A stretch of DNA of 20,000 bases from the IMG/VR virus record IMGVR_UViG_3300031707_003496, one strand, 5' to 3'. Made by a program: the position numbers and the translations under genes. Under the pieces are notes generated by a model, which saw nothing but the letters and a program-made list of their open reading frames with translations, had not been told where the DNA came from and did no database searches. Positions 1 to 9,370 of the stretch are shown piece after piece. The stretch's first letter is position 1. Each line of letters begins with the position of its first letter. The stretch comes from an uncultured virus (IMG/VR IMGVR_UViG_3300031707_003496) (Duplodnaviria; Heunggongvirae; Uroviricota; Caudoviricetes).

Positions 1-39
1 AGTTGCATACCAGCAGGAGAGAGTAGGAAAGGGATATGT

Positions 40-846
40 TTGAAACCGATATTTCGTGTAAGCTGGACACCAGTACTTATTCTAATTATATTAGTATCTT
101 GTACTGGATGTACGAGTCAGTCAGGGACTACGAATACGGCAGCTATCATAACCGGGACGCCTATGACGATTCCGAGTGCCACGCCTACGCTTATCCCGAG
201 GACGACTACGATACCGACGTCGATTATTACCGAGATACCGACCGCCACCCCCGTCCCAGTATATACCGCCATTGAACCGGAATGGACGCAACCGCCGACC
301 GTCTACCTTCCTGCTGAGAAGGATATAACGAAAATAAACTTCACGCAGTTTAAGAACGATAATTTCATAGCGGAATACCCGGCAACGTGGATTCTAGAGA
401 ATGATATATTTGAAGTTCGCAACAACCAGGTTACCGGGCAGGACCTTTACAAACCACTGGGGAATCGGATATCGTTTATCAGCGAAGACCGAAACACCAG
501 GATGATTGTAAAGACCTATGATTTTATCGCCCCGGCATTACACACCTATTCCCCGACAATTGACACAGCGAGAAGGGTTGTAGCGTTATTATATCCGAGC
601 GTCAATAGCGAATCAGCCGTATATAATTATCAGTATACCCAGAACCGACAAGGCGTGTTCACCGCAACGTATGATGTTGTTATGCCGAACCTGTCTTACC
701 GTGACGAATCGTTTGTAACGTATAATCATTATTTTGAGATACAGTTTATCGTTACGAATAGTTCGTTAGAAGACTATCGTGATTTAAAGTACTGGATGAT
801 GAACTCTGTAGTAACGGAAGGAATGCAGACAGGAGGGTGGTGGTAA
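40..846 (+). CDS. Secreted/lipoprotein with Thr/Pro-rich linker and PsbP-like C-terminal domain
   Basis: Hydrophobic N-terminus followed by lipobox-like VSCTGC-TSQ. Thr/Pro-rich stalk (TPMTIPSATPTLIPRTTTIPT). FIAEYPATW motif resembles PsbP-like domains. Start is TTG at 40, and the frame is open back to position 1, so the true start may lie outside the window. Confidence 0.65.
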   Translation: MKPIFRVSWTPVLILIILVSCTGCTSQSGTTNTAAIITGTPMTIPSATPTLIPRTTTIPTSIITEIPTATPVPVYTAIEPEWTQPPTVYLPAEKDITKINFTQFKNDNFIAEYPATWILENDIFEVRNNQVTGQDLYKPLGNRISFISEDRNTRMIVKTYDFIAPALHTYSPTIDTARRVVALLYPSVNSESAVYNYQYTQNRQGVFTATYDVVMPNLSYRDESFVTYNHYFEIQFIVTNSSLEDYRDLKYWMMNSVVTEGMQTGGWW

Positions 847-1808
847 TGCAAACCATTACCATTGATGCGTGTAGTCTCTGCCAGTTGCAATGCGTCCAAT
901 GCCCGATATCCCAGATGGGGTATAAGAATACTATCAAGAAAGGATACCTGACATTTGAGTCTTTTAATCGGTTGGTAAAAGACAACCCGGGAATAAAGGC
1001 AATCAAACTCGATTGTTCCGGGGAACTGTTCCTGAACCAACATCTCAGATATATTTTAATGTATGCATTTAACGATGATGTTATGCTGTCCTGCCCGGGT
1101 GGGGTGAACCTCAACACCGTAACCGAAGAGACTTTAAAGGATTTAGTCCGGTTTCGGTTCCAGTACCTGAACGTATCCATTGACGGTGCGAGCCAGGATA
1201 CTTATGAGCAGTATCGGGTTGGCGGGGATTTCGCCGAGGTCATTCACAACATCAACATCATTAACGATTACAAACGAAAGTTCAACACGCCGTATCCAAA
1301 ACTCCAGTGGCAGTTCATCGTCTTCGGGCACAACGAACATGAGATAAGAAAAGCCCGGAAGACGGCGGAAGAGTTAGGGATGCGGTTCTATCCTAAGATG
1401 AACTGGAACTCTACGTACTCGCCAATAAAAGATACAGCGGAAGTTAAAAGACAGACGGGTTGGGAAGTAACCACTCGGGAAGAATACGAGAAGAAGTATA
1501 AGAGAAGTTACGTGCGGTCAACCTGTTACGAGCTGTGGGGGAACCCGAGACTATCCTGGGATGTATCCGTAACCGGGTGTAGTTGGAATACGTGGGACAG
1601 GTTTGATGCGGTAACTGTTACCCACGCCAGGAAAGTCCTGATGGGAAAGTATCCGGTACACCAACCGATACCGTGTAACCAATGCGAGATATTATTGGAA
1701 ATGGATAAGACTAAAAATTACCTTACCCGCCGAGAGCTCTGGAACCATCTCGTTAAGCACGAGATAACAACGAGGATAAAGTACTGGATGTGGAGACGGA
1801 ACCTGTGA
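846..1808 (+). CDS. Radical SAM protein with C-terminal SPASM/Twitch-like Cys motifs
   Basis: CxxxCxxC (CQLQCVQC) near the N-terminus, SGELFLN, VSIDGASQDTYEQYRVGG, and C-terminal cysteines (STCYELW, TGCSW, PCNQC). ATG 846 overlaps the upstream TAA (TAATG), so it is preferred over 837. Confidence 0.88.
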   Translation: MQTITIDACSLCQLQCVQCPISQMGYKNTIKKGYLTFESFNRLVKDNPGIKAIKLDCSGELFLNQHLRYILMYAFNDDVMLSCPGGVNLNTVTEETLKDLVRFRFQYLNVSIDGASQDTYEQYRVGGDFAEVIHNINIINDYKRKFNTPYPKLQWQFIVFGHNEHEIRKARKTAEELGMRFYPKMNWNSTYSPIKDTAEVKRQTGWEVTTREEYEKKYKRSYVRSTCYELWGNPRLSWDVSVTGCSWNTWDRFDAVTVTHARKVLMGKYPVHQPIPCNQCEILLEMDKTKNYLTRRELWNHLVKHEITTRIKYWMWRRNL

Positions 1809-2749
1809 AGAGACTGGTAAGTATTGTAATCCCGGCGTATAACGAAGAAGCAGTACTTACTGAACTAAAAGTACGGTTACAAGAGTTCATGGGCAACCAA
1901 CCGTCCTACGATTTTGAAGTTGTGATTGTTGAGAACGGGTCGTATGATAAAACGTATGAACGCCTGCGGGAAATACACCGGGAAGACCCCCGGTTTAAAA
2001 TCGTTAAGTTATCCCGGAACTTCGGGCCTGACGAAGGCATTGTAGCCGGGCTCCGGTACGTGCACGGACACGCTGCGATTATCATGGACGCTGATTTACA
2101 GGACCCGCCGGAACTCATTCACCAGTTCATTCAGAAATGGGAAGAAGGATATGAAATTGTATACGGTATAATACAAAAACGGGAAGGCGTATCGTCATTC
2201 AGGAAAGTAATATCCCGGGGTGCGTATTGGATTATCAATAAGTTAAGTAACAACCTGATCCCGGAGAATGCCTGTGACTTCCGGTTGATTGACCGGAAAG
2301 TATACCGGGCATTAAACAGGATGAACGAGAAGAACAAGTTCTTGCGAGGGTTGATTGTATGGACAGGGTTCCGCCAGGTTGGTGTGCCCTTTGAACGGCA
2401 CCCGAGATTTGCCGGAGAACCAAAAGCCGGGTTTAGAATGGCGTGGGATATTGCAATGAACGGGATCTTCTCATTCTCTTATTTCCCGTTAAAGATTGCA
2501 ACGGCAGCAGGGTTCTTATTATTCGGGCTGTCTTGTATTTTAACGGCAATTGAAATTTACCTGTATCTGATATACGGCAGAGAAGTCCCGGGGTTTACGA
2601 CATTAGTTCTCAGTATCTTATTCGGGTTCGGTATGGTGTTCCTGATGTTCGGGGTTCTTGGGAATTATATTGAACGGATTTACGAAGAGGTTAAACAACG
2701 ACCGAATTATATTGTTGATACGGTGGTAGGTTTTAATGAACCCGAATAA
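1790..2749 (+). CDS. GT2 glycosyltransferase, GtrB / polyprenol-phosphate glycosyltransferase (DPM1-like) type with two C-terminal TM helices
   Basis: SIVIPAYNEE, LSRNFG, DADLQDPP (DxD), DFRLIDRKV, FLRGL, R-x2-GE-x-K, two C-terminal hydrophobic helices and the terminal RIYEEVKQRPNYIV motif. Confidence 0.93.
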   Translation: METEPVKRLVSIVIPAYNEEAVLTELKVRLQEFMGNQPSYDFEVVIVENGSYDKTYERLREIHREDPRFKIVKLSRNFGPDEGIVAGLRYVHGHAAIIMDADLQDPPELIHQFIQKWEEGYEIVYGIIQKREGVSSFRKVISRGAYWIINKLSNNLIPENACDFRLIDRKVYRALNRMNEKNKFLRGLIVWTGFRQVGVPFERHPRFAGEPKAGFRMAWDIAMNGIFSFSYFPLKIATAAGFLLFGLSCILTAIEIYLYLIYGREVPGFTTLVLSILFGFGMVFLMFGVLGNYIERIYEEVKQRPNYIVDTVVGFNEPE

Positions 2750-4148
2750 ACATCTGCTGGCAATCGCGGGCATCTTCTTAGGTGTTGCTTATTACATCCA
2801 TACCAGATATCTCTTTTTAGTCGGAGACCAGTATGATAACATCCCGTTAATGTATCGTGCACTCGACCCATCGTATTTAATAAACGACTGGTACGTAAAC
2901 GCCAATTCCGGGATGTCAGTCCGGTTCTTTTACATCCAGGTTATTGCAGGCATTACTCATTATCTCGCTCTATCAGAAACGATGGTTATCCTGTACACGC
3001 TTTCACTACTGGCAACGATCCTTTTAGTGTATTATATTGCAGTTGAACTATCCGGCAGTCCGATAGTAGGTATCCTGTCAGCTCTCATCATCCTGTTCTT
3101 ACCGGACATAACGCTCGGAGGGTCAGAAGGAATCATTCCTTATTTAATCCCACAAACGATTGCTATGCCGTTTGTTCTCTTAGGATTCTACTTGTTCTTA
3201 AAAGAGCGATACCTTCTATCTTTTACTGCCTTAGGGATTGCTACTTACTTCCAGATGTTGTGGGGATTACAGGCCGCGATTATCTTAACGGCCATCCTCG
3301 GATTTACTGCTATTAAAACACGGGATATCAAGACACTCGTTCCGTGCCTGGCGTATCCTCTTGTATCAGCGCCAGCATTGTTTATGACGCTGGCAGTTGC
3401 AGGTGGTAACAACCCGCTGGTTATCAATACCCTTCTCTTCCGAATGCCGCACCATTACTTACCGTTTACCTGGCCGATTGGAAATTATACACTCTTCTTT
3501 ATGTTTAGTTGTTTAGTAATAACCGCCGGTCTTTACGCACGGAAACGGAACGCAATACTATTAAAAATACTGGCACTGGTTATAGTGCTCTGTTGTATCG
3601 GGACGGTATTTGTTGAACTGGTCCCGATAGCGCCTGTCATTAAATTACAACTGTTTAAATCAACCTTCTTCTTTGTAGTGTTCGGCACGATACTTATCAT
3701 CACCACGCTCTTCCAACACCTGCCTACATTAGAAATCCCGACAACAATACCAGTACTTATTGTATGCGTCTTACTGGGGATATCAGGTATCTATCTTATC
3801 AGTTCTACGAACATCACACCAGCACTTTCCCAGAACGAAGAGCTCTATCAAAGGGTGATGGCGTATACGTGGCCAGACGATACGTTCCTCGTCCCGCCGC
3901 TTATGCAGGATTTCCGTACCGGTACAAACCGAAGTGTAGTTGTTGACTGGAAAGGAGTGCCCTTAAAAGACGCAGCTCTTATTGAGTATAATAAACGGAT
4001 AAACGATATTACCGGGCAACAGTTTACCCGCCCGTTAACAATTGAACAGATGAACGAGTATTACGAAAACCTCAGTGCTCAACAAATCACGGATTTAAAA
4101 AAGAAGTATAATGCTACGTATGCAATTCAAGGCGGTGTATTGATATGA
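2736..4148 (+). CDS. Polytopic membrane protein, candidate GT-C-type (lipid-linked donor) glycosyltransferase; DUF6798-like C-terminus
   Basis: About 11-12 hydrophobic segments. Acidic first external loop (GDQYDN...DPSYLINDW), RMPHHY, and a soluble C-terminal DFRTGTNRSVVVDWKGVP. Lies directly after the GtrB-like gene. The functional call is inference. Confidence 0.55.
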   Translation: MNPNKHLLAIAGIFLGVAYYIHTRYLFLVGDQYDNIPLMYRALDPSYLINDWYVNANSGMSVRFFYIQVIAGITHYLALSETMVILYTLSLLATILLVYYIAVELSGSPIVGILSALIILFLPDITLGGSEGIIPYLIPQTIAMPFVLLGFYLFLKERYLLSFTALGIATYFQMLWGLQAAIILTAILGFTAIKTRDIKTLVPCLAYPLVSAPALFMTLAVAGGNNPLVINTLLFRMPHHYLPFTWPIGNYTLFFMFSCLVITAGLYARKRNAILLKILALVIVLCCIGTVFVELVPIAPVIKLQLFKSTFFFVVFGTILIITTLFQHLPTLEIPTTIPVLIVCVLLGISGIYLISSTNITPALSQNEELYQRVMAYTWPDDTFLVPPLMQDFRTGTNRSVVVDWKGVPLKDAALIEYNKRINDITGQQFTRPLTIEQMNEYYENLSAQQITDLKKKYNATYAIQGGVLI

Positions 4149-5107
4149 AGATTGGATTTTATAATATTTACAACGAGTTTAATGGTAACCGCATCTTCAA
4201 CAAAATGGAGTTGCCGATTGGAGACGACTTAACGTATCCGTTCCGATACCTTGCCAACTATGCACGGATGAAAGGAATACACTTATCGACTATCGACACA
4301 CAACCCTTAGATGACTATGATGCAATTGTATTCATGGATTTTCCCGGGCGGTATAATAAATATCTCAAAGAATTACAGGACATGAATTTCGATAACCTGT
4401 TCTTAATGATATTCGAGAACGAAGTCATCCGGCCGTGGAACTGGGATACGGATAATTATCAGATGTTTAAGAAAGTGTTTACGTGGAGTACTTCCATTAA
4501 AACCAAGAACACGAGTCATTATTACTTACCCGTAAACGTGCCAATGGACCCGCACTTCTCCCAAGAAGAGAAAACAACGTTGTGTACCTTACTGGCCAGC
4601 AGAAAGAGTTCTTCACATCCGCATAACCTCTATGAAGAACGGGTGAGAGCAATCCGATGGTTTGAACAAAACCATCCGGAAGATTTTGACCTGTATGGAA
4701 TCGGTTGGTATAAGATAGGTCCCTTTGGGAATCCTTCGTATAAGGGAAGAGTCTCGTCAAAGAACGCAACGTTACGTAAATATAAATTCTCGATCTGTTA
4801 TGAGAACGCCAGGGATATTCCGGGATACGTTACGGAGAAAATATTCGATAGTTTCTTTGCCGGGTGTGTGCCGGTATATTGGGGAGCCTCGGATATAACT
4901 GATACGGTTCCGGAAGATACATTTATTGACATGCGGAAGTATCCTACCTATTCCCATCTTTATGAATATATCAGTACAATACCCGATAATGTTTACCAGG
5001 AATATCTCGATAATATTCTTGACTATATCCATTCAGATGAGATACAACAGTATAACACCCCACATTTTACAGAGACAATCTTAAATGGGATCTTGGAGGT
5101 ATTTTAA
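4145..5107 (+). CDS. GT10 family glycosyltransferase (alpha-1,3-fucosyltransferase-like)
   Basis: GT10 signature YKFSICYEN...GYVTEKIFDSFFAGCVPVYWG. ATGA overlap with the upstream gene. Confidence 0.9.
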   Translation: MKIGFYNIYNEFNGNRIFNKMELPIGDDLTYPFRYLANYARMKGIHLSTIDTQPLDDYDAIVFMDFPGRYNKYLKELQDMNFDNLFLMIFENEVIRPWNWDTDNYQMFKKVFTWSTSIKTKNTSHYYLPVNVPMDPHFSQEEKTTLCTLLASRKSSSHPHNLYEERVRAIRWFEQNHPEDFDLYGIGWYKIGPFGNPSYKGRVSSKNATLRKYKFSICYENARDIPGYVTEKIFDSFFAGCVPVYWGASDITDTVPEDTFIDMRKYPTYSHLYEYISTIPDNVYQEYLDNILDYIHSDEIQQYNTPHFTETILNGILEVF

Positions 5108-5108
5108 A

Positions 5109-6035
5109 ATGAACATTCTTATTACGGGAGCGACAGGTTTTGTCGGAAGAAGCATTGTTGAATCGTTTACGGGCAAGTATACGTTACTCACTCCGTCACA
5201 CAACGAGCTTGATTTATTAAACCAGAAAGACGTACAGGACTATTTCAGGAACCACCGTATCGACACGGTAATCCACTGTGCCTTATCCGGATGTAATCGG
5301 AAGACGGAAACCTATCCGAGCCAGATACTTGAGAAGAACCTTCGTATGTTCTTCAACCTTGCAGAGAACCGGGACTGTTATTCCCGGTTAATTAATCTCG
5401 GGTCGGGTGGGGAATATAATAAGTTCCGTGACCTTTACAATGTCAAAGAAGAAGAGTTCGGGAAACAATTCCCACCGGACGATTATGGTTTATCAAAGTT
5501 TATCATTTCAAATTATATTGAAAAGACGAAGAACATGTACTGTCTCAGACCGTTCGGGTTGTTCGGGAAATACGAGGACTATGAGTTTCGGTTTATCTCA
5601 AATGCGATTGTAAAGAACCTGTTACACTTACCGATTGTTATCCAGCAGAACGTCCGGTTCAGTTGGTTATATATTAACGATTTCCTGAAGATACTGGATG
5701 CGTTTATTACAGTGGAACAACCGAACCACTCAGATTATAACGTAACGCCAGACCAGACAACCAACTTGCTTACCATTGCCCAGGCAATCAACTGTCTGTC
5801 AACTCACCCGTCAAAGATTCATATTGAACACGACGGTCTTAATTTTGAGTATAGTGGTGACAACACCCGGTTAAAAGAGTTTATGGGAGAGATATCATTT
5901 ACGCCAATGGTTACGGCAATCCTCCAGATGAAGAACTATTACACTTCAATCCTTCCGCTCATTAACAAAGACGCAATCCGCAATGACGTTTACGCAAAGA
6001 AGTGTATAATACGAGAGGAGCGGCCAGATGCATGA
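5109..6035 (+). CDS. NAD(P)-dependent NDP-sugar epimerase/reductase (extended SDR; GDP-fucose/colitose-synthase-like or related deoxysugar reductase)
   Basis: MNILITGATGFVG (GxxGxxG), ELDLL, VIHCA, GSGGEY, YGLSK (YxxxK). ATG 5109 follows the upstream stop and is preferred over 5085. Confidence 0.88.
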   Translation: MNILITGATGFVGRSIVESFTGKYTLLTPSHNELDLLNQKDVQDYFRNHRIDTVIHCALSGCNRKTETYPSQILEKNLRMFFNLAENRDCYSRLINLGSGGEYNKFRDLYNVKEEEFGKQFPPDDYGLSKFIISNYIEKTKNMYCLRPFGLFGKYEDYEFRFISNAIVKNLLHLPIVIQQNVRFSWLYINDFLKILDAFITVEQPNHSDYNVTPDQTTNLLTIAQAINCLSTHPSKIHIEHDGLNFEYSGDNTRLKEFMGEISFTPMVTAILQMKNYYTSILPLINKDAIRNDVYAKKCIIREERPDA

Positions 6036-6933
6036 ACCGTTAGTAAGTATCTGTATCCCGGCGTATAATGCAGAGAAGACAATAGCGAGAACCCTCCAGT
6101 CGCTTATTGCTCAAACGTATCGGAACCTTGAAATCATTGTCGTAGATAATTGTTCGACAGATGAGACCGCCAGTATCGCCCGATCATTTTCTGATAACCG
6201 GATAAAAGTTTATTCCAACGAAGAGCATTTACCATCAGCGGAATATAACTGGAACCGATGTTTTCGTTACCCAACCGGGAAGTATCTGGCAGTCTTCCAC
6301 GCAGATGATATTTACTCACCGGATATTGTTTCCCGACAAGTTGAAACCTTTAAGGAATACCCGACAGTAGTGGGAGTATTCACACAAGGTACTATTATCG
6401 ACGACAATGATATACCAATGGGGACGTTTAAACTCCCGGAAGAAATTATCGGAAACCAACCGTATACGTATAATGAATTACTGAATGCGGTTCTTATTCA
6501 CGCAGACTTTTTACCAACCCCCAGTGCAATGATAAAGACGGGTATTTATCTGGGATGTGCTCCAGTCCGGTATGACCAGTTTGCGTCAGCGTCTGACTTG
6601 GATATATGGTTACGGATAGCAAAGTATGGAGAGATAGTTATCCTGGATGAAAACCTGTTGAACTACCGGGTCAGCAAATCACAATGGTCAAACCGACTGA
6701 ACCGGTTGCGGACAAAAGAATCAGATTTCTTTAAGGTCATGGACTATCATCTCGCACGGAACAAAGACGTGCCTCGGGAAGTAAAGACAAGTTACGAGTT
6801 GTCACGGTTCGGAGATCAGGTATTGTGCCAGATAAATTTCTTACGGCAATACTTCTTCCGCCTAATCTCCCACCCGGGATTACTGTATGAAAAATATAAA
6901 ATGTATGCTTATTTCAAAAGGTTCAAGAAATGA
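6028..6933 (+). CDS. GT2 family glycosyltransferase (soluble)
   Basis: PLVSICIPAYNAE, QTYRNLEIIVVDNCSTD, FHADD (DxD-like), SDLDIWLR, YRV. Confidence 0.92.
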   Translation: MHEPLVSICIPAYNAEKTIARTLQSLIAQTYRNLEIIVVDNCSTDETASIARSFSDNRIKVYSNEEHLPSAEYNWNRCFRYPTGKYLAVFHADDIYSPDIVSRQVETFKEYPTVVGVFTQGTIIDDNDIPMGTFKLPEEIIGNQPYTYNELLNAVLIHADFLPTPSAMIKTGIYLGCAPVRYDQFASASDLDIWLRIAKYGEIVILDENLLNYRVSKSQWSNRLNRLRTKESDFFKVMDYHLARNKDVPREVKTSYELSRFGDQVLCQINFLRQYFFRLISHPGLLYEKYKMYAYFKRFKK

Positions 6934-7268
6934 AAGAAGAACTGATGTTATTCCTATCAAAACGCCAAGTCGAGTTCCAGCGGGGATGGATGATGGTCGG
7001 CCAGATATCTGCCCTGATTACCTTTGAAACATTTGCAATGGTGTTCTGTACGAAGTTCGGGATTACGGGAACGCCAGCGTTCTGTATCTATACTATTCTC
7101 CCGGTCGTTGCGGTGCTTGGAGTTATCGTGCTTGGATGGGAAATGAACCGTTCCGGCTACTCCCACAAGTACCTGCAATACGATCAGAACCAGAACAAGG
7201 ACTGGAAGAAAGCAATAGAAATCATTCACCGTCTGGAAGCGTATCTGGACGAAAAGAAGGTGGAGTAA
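6930..7268 (+). CDS. Small membrane protein of unknown function (2 TM plus charged C-terminal helix)
   Basis: 112-aa ORF coupled at both ends (ATGA and TAATG overlaps), with two hydrophobic segments and an amphipathic tail. Confidence 0.7.
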   Translation: MKEELMLFLSKRQVEFQRGWMMVGQISALITFETFAMVFCTKFGITGTPAFCIYTILPVVAVLGVIVLGWEMNRSGYSHKYLQYDQNQNKDWKKAIEIIHRLEAYLDEKKVE

Positions 7269-7624
7269 TGGATGTATTAATTGTCATCCTGACAGCGAAC
7301 CTTCTGGGGGCGTTAGGACAACTCACCTTAAAAATCGGGATGGGGAATGTCGGGCAGGTCGATACCTTATCAGTAGAAAAACTCGTCCAGATGTTTACGA
7401 ACCCGATTATCATCGCCGGGTTAACGGTGTATGTTGTCGGAACCGTATTCTGGTTAATGGCATTATCGAAAAAAGAGTTAAGTTATGTGTATCCCTTCCT
7501 GGCAATTACGATCATTCTGGTTATGATCTTATCGAAATTCGTTCTCCACGAAACAATCGGGATGTACCGGATAGCTGGTATCGCAGTCATCATCTGCGGG
7601 ATATTATTAGTGTCGAGGTCGTGA
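7268..7624 (+). CDS. EamA/SMR-type 4-TM transporter, ArnE/ArnF-like polyprenol-phosphate-sugar flippase candidate
   Basis: 118 aa from ATG 7268. GQLTLKIG, FWLMALSKKELSYVYP and LHETI...GIAVIICGILLV are typical of ArnE/F-like DMT proteins. The ORF-track start at 7136 overlaps the upstream gene and is unlikely. Confidence 0.8.
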   Translation: MDVLIVILTANLLGALGQLTLKIGMGNVGQVDTLSVEKLVQMFTNPIIIAGLTVYVVGTVFWLMALSKKELSYVYPFLAITIILVMILSKFVLHETIGMYRIAGIAVIICGILLVSRS

Positions 7625-7625
7625 A

Positions 7626-8744
7626 ATGAAGATACTGTTCATCGGGCATACAACCGGGTACGGTGGAGCAGCAATCAGTTTTACTACCAACCTGAGACAC
7701 CTGATTGAAACAAACCAGGTGGATCCAAAAGAGTGCCTGGTCGCCGTTCCGCATAACGAACGGAACTGGTGTGAAGGAGCGTACTGGTGGTTCAAGGATA
7801 AGATACCGTTTCGGTTCTGGTTCATGCCGTTCAGTGTTGCTGAGAAAGGCGGGTCGAAACGGATACGGTCGAAACTCTATTCAATCGTCAAAGAGACAGT
7901 TTCGATTATTCTGTTCTTAGGAGTTTACAATCACCGTATAAGAAAAGAAAAAGTAACTCATATCCATCTAAACTCGTTTGTGTTCTGGTCGTTGTTACCG
8001 TTCTTACCGAAAGAGATTATTAAGATTATTCACGTCCGGGAAATGATAAGCGATGACTTCTCAGGAAGGTTTGCTGCCCGGATAATCAACAAGTATGCCG
8101 ATAAGATAATCGCCATCAGTGCCCAGTGTGCCGAGAAGTTACCGGGTGCCATTATCTGTGAGAACCCGTATACTATGTATCGTGCCCGGCAATACCGGAA
8201 TGTCAGGAATGAACTTAAAAGCAGAATCGGATTAAATGAAAACCCATTTATCGTATCAGTAATCGCACCGATAGGAAAACAAAAAGGATATGAGTTTTTA
8301 GTCAAGGTCATTGAAAGAACCCCGGAGATTACGTTTGTTATTATCGGGAAACCGTATCGGGACGGTCAGGCCCTTTACCACCAGTTACTGAACTTCCCGA
8401 ATGTGCGTATCTATCCGGGCGGTGAGGATATGGATAAATTCTATGCGATTACGGATATTGTCCTCAGGTGTGAAGAGTATCTGCCGTTAGGTCGCACCGT
8501 GTTTGAAGGTATCTATGCCGGGTGTATAGCAGTTCTTCCGGTGAACGATACGGATAAGACACAAGAGATCGACCACTACTTAGGAGAACAGATATACTTA
8601 TACCCGGCGGGAGATGTAGTGTCGTGTGGCAACCTGCTTCGTTCCATCTCTCACCAGTATCCGGACGGGATATACAACAACGGGTTTGAACCTACTACGA
8701 ACGTACCGACGAGCGCACAGAAGTTTAAGGAGGCGTTGCTATGA
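7626..8744 (+). CDS. GT4 family (GT-B) glycosyltransferase
   Basis: MKILFIGHTTGYGGA, IHLNS, IHVRE, KQKG, and the E-x7-E motif (EYLPLGRTVFE). Confidence 0.88.
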   Translation: MKILFIGHTTGYGGAAISFTTNLRHLIETNQVDPKECLVAVPHNERNWCEGAYWWFKDKIPFRFWFMPFSVAEKGGSKRIRSKLYSIVKETVSIILFLGVYNHRIRKEKVTHIHLNSFVFWSLLPFLPKEIIKIIHVREMISDDFSGRFAARIINKYADKIIAISAQCAEKLPGAIICENPYTMYRARQYRNVRNELKSRIGLNENPFIVSVIAPIGKQKGYEFLVKVIERTPEITFVIIGKPYRDGQALYHQLLNFPNVRIYPGGEDMDKFYAITDIVLRCEEYLPLGRTVFEGIYAGCIAVLPVNDTDKTQEIDHYLGEQIYLYPAGDVVSCGNLLRSISHQYPDGIYNNGFEPTTNVPTSAQKFKEALL

Positions 8745-9370
8745 AAGTATTAATTTTATCCCCGCATACGGACGATGCAGAGTTCAGTTGTGGGGGAACG
8801 ATTGTCAAGGTATTAGAGAACGGAGATACCCTCCGATGGATAGTATTCTCAACCGCAGATGATTCGTTGCCGAAAGGATTTGAAAAGGACACTACGAAGA
8901 AAGAGTTCTATAGTGTCGTTCACCAGCTCGGGATGAGTAAAGGGCAGACTGTAGTCTACGATTATAAAGTCCGACATTTACACCAGCACCGACAGGACAT
9001 CTTAGAGAACTTGGTTTCAATCAGAAAACAATTTGAACCTGATTTAGTAATAGGCCCCTCCTTAAACGACTTACACCAAGACCACCAGGTTGTAGCGTAT
9101 GAGATGGTGCGGGCGTTTAAAACCTCGGCAAGTATTATCTGTTACGAATCGCCCGGGAACCATATAACATTTAACACCCAATGCTTTGAACGACTATCAA
9201 GAAAACATATTATCAAGAAACACAAACTCGTCCAGAACTATAAATCACAATATGCGAAACGAAAGGATGTCTTCTCAGAAGAGTATATTTACGGGATGGC
9301 AAAAATGCGGGGGACACAATGTAATGCGGAATATGCCGAAGCGTTTGAGGTAGTACGATGGATGATATAA
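8741..9370 (+). CDS. PIG-L/LmbE family N-acetylsugar deacetylase
   Basis: LSPHTDDAEFSCGGTI (HxDD), DLHQDH and C-terminal YAEAFEVVR. Confidence 0.92.
   Translation: MKVLILSPHTDDAEFSCGGTIVKVLENGDTLRWIVFSTADDSLPKGFEKDTTKKEFYSVVHQLGMSKGQTVVYDYKVRHLHQHRQDILENLVSIRKQFEPDLVIGPSLNDLHQDHQVVAYEMVRAFKTSASIICYESPGNHITFNTQCFERLSRKHIIKKHKLVQNYKSQYAKRKDVFSEEYIYGMAKMRGTQCNAEYAEAFEVVRWMI

Noticed and set aside
36..275. 79-aa Asp/Tyr-rich ORF
   Set aside because: Alternative-frame shadow of the Thr/Pro-rich region of the lipoprotein gene (ACG/CCG codons read out of frame).
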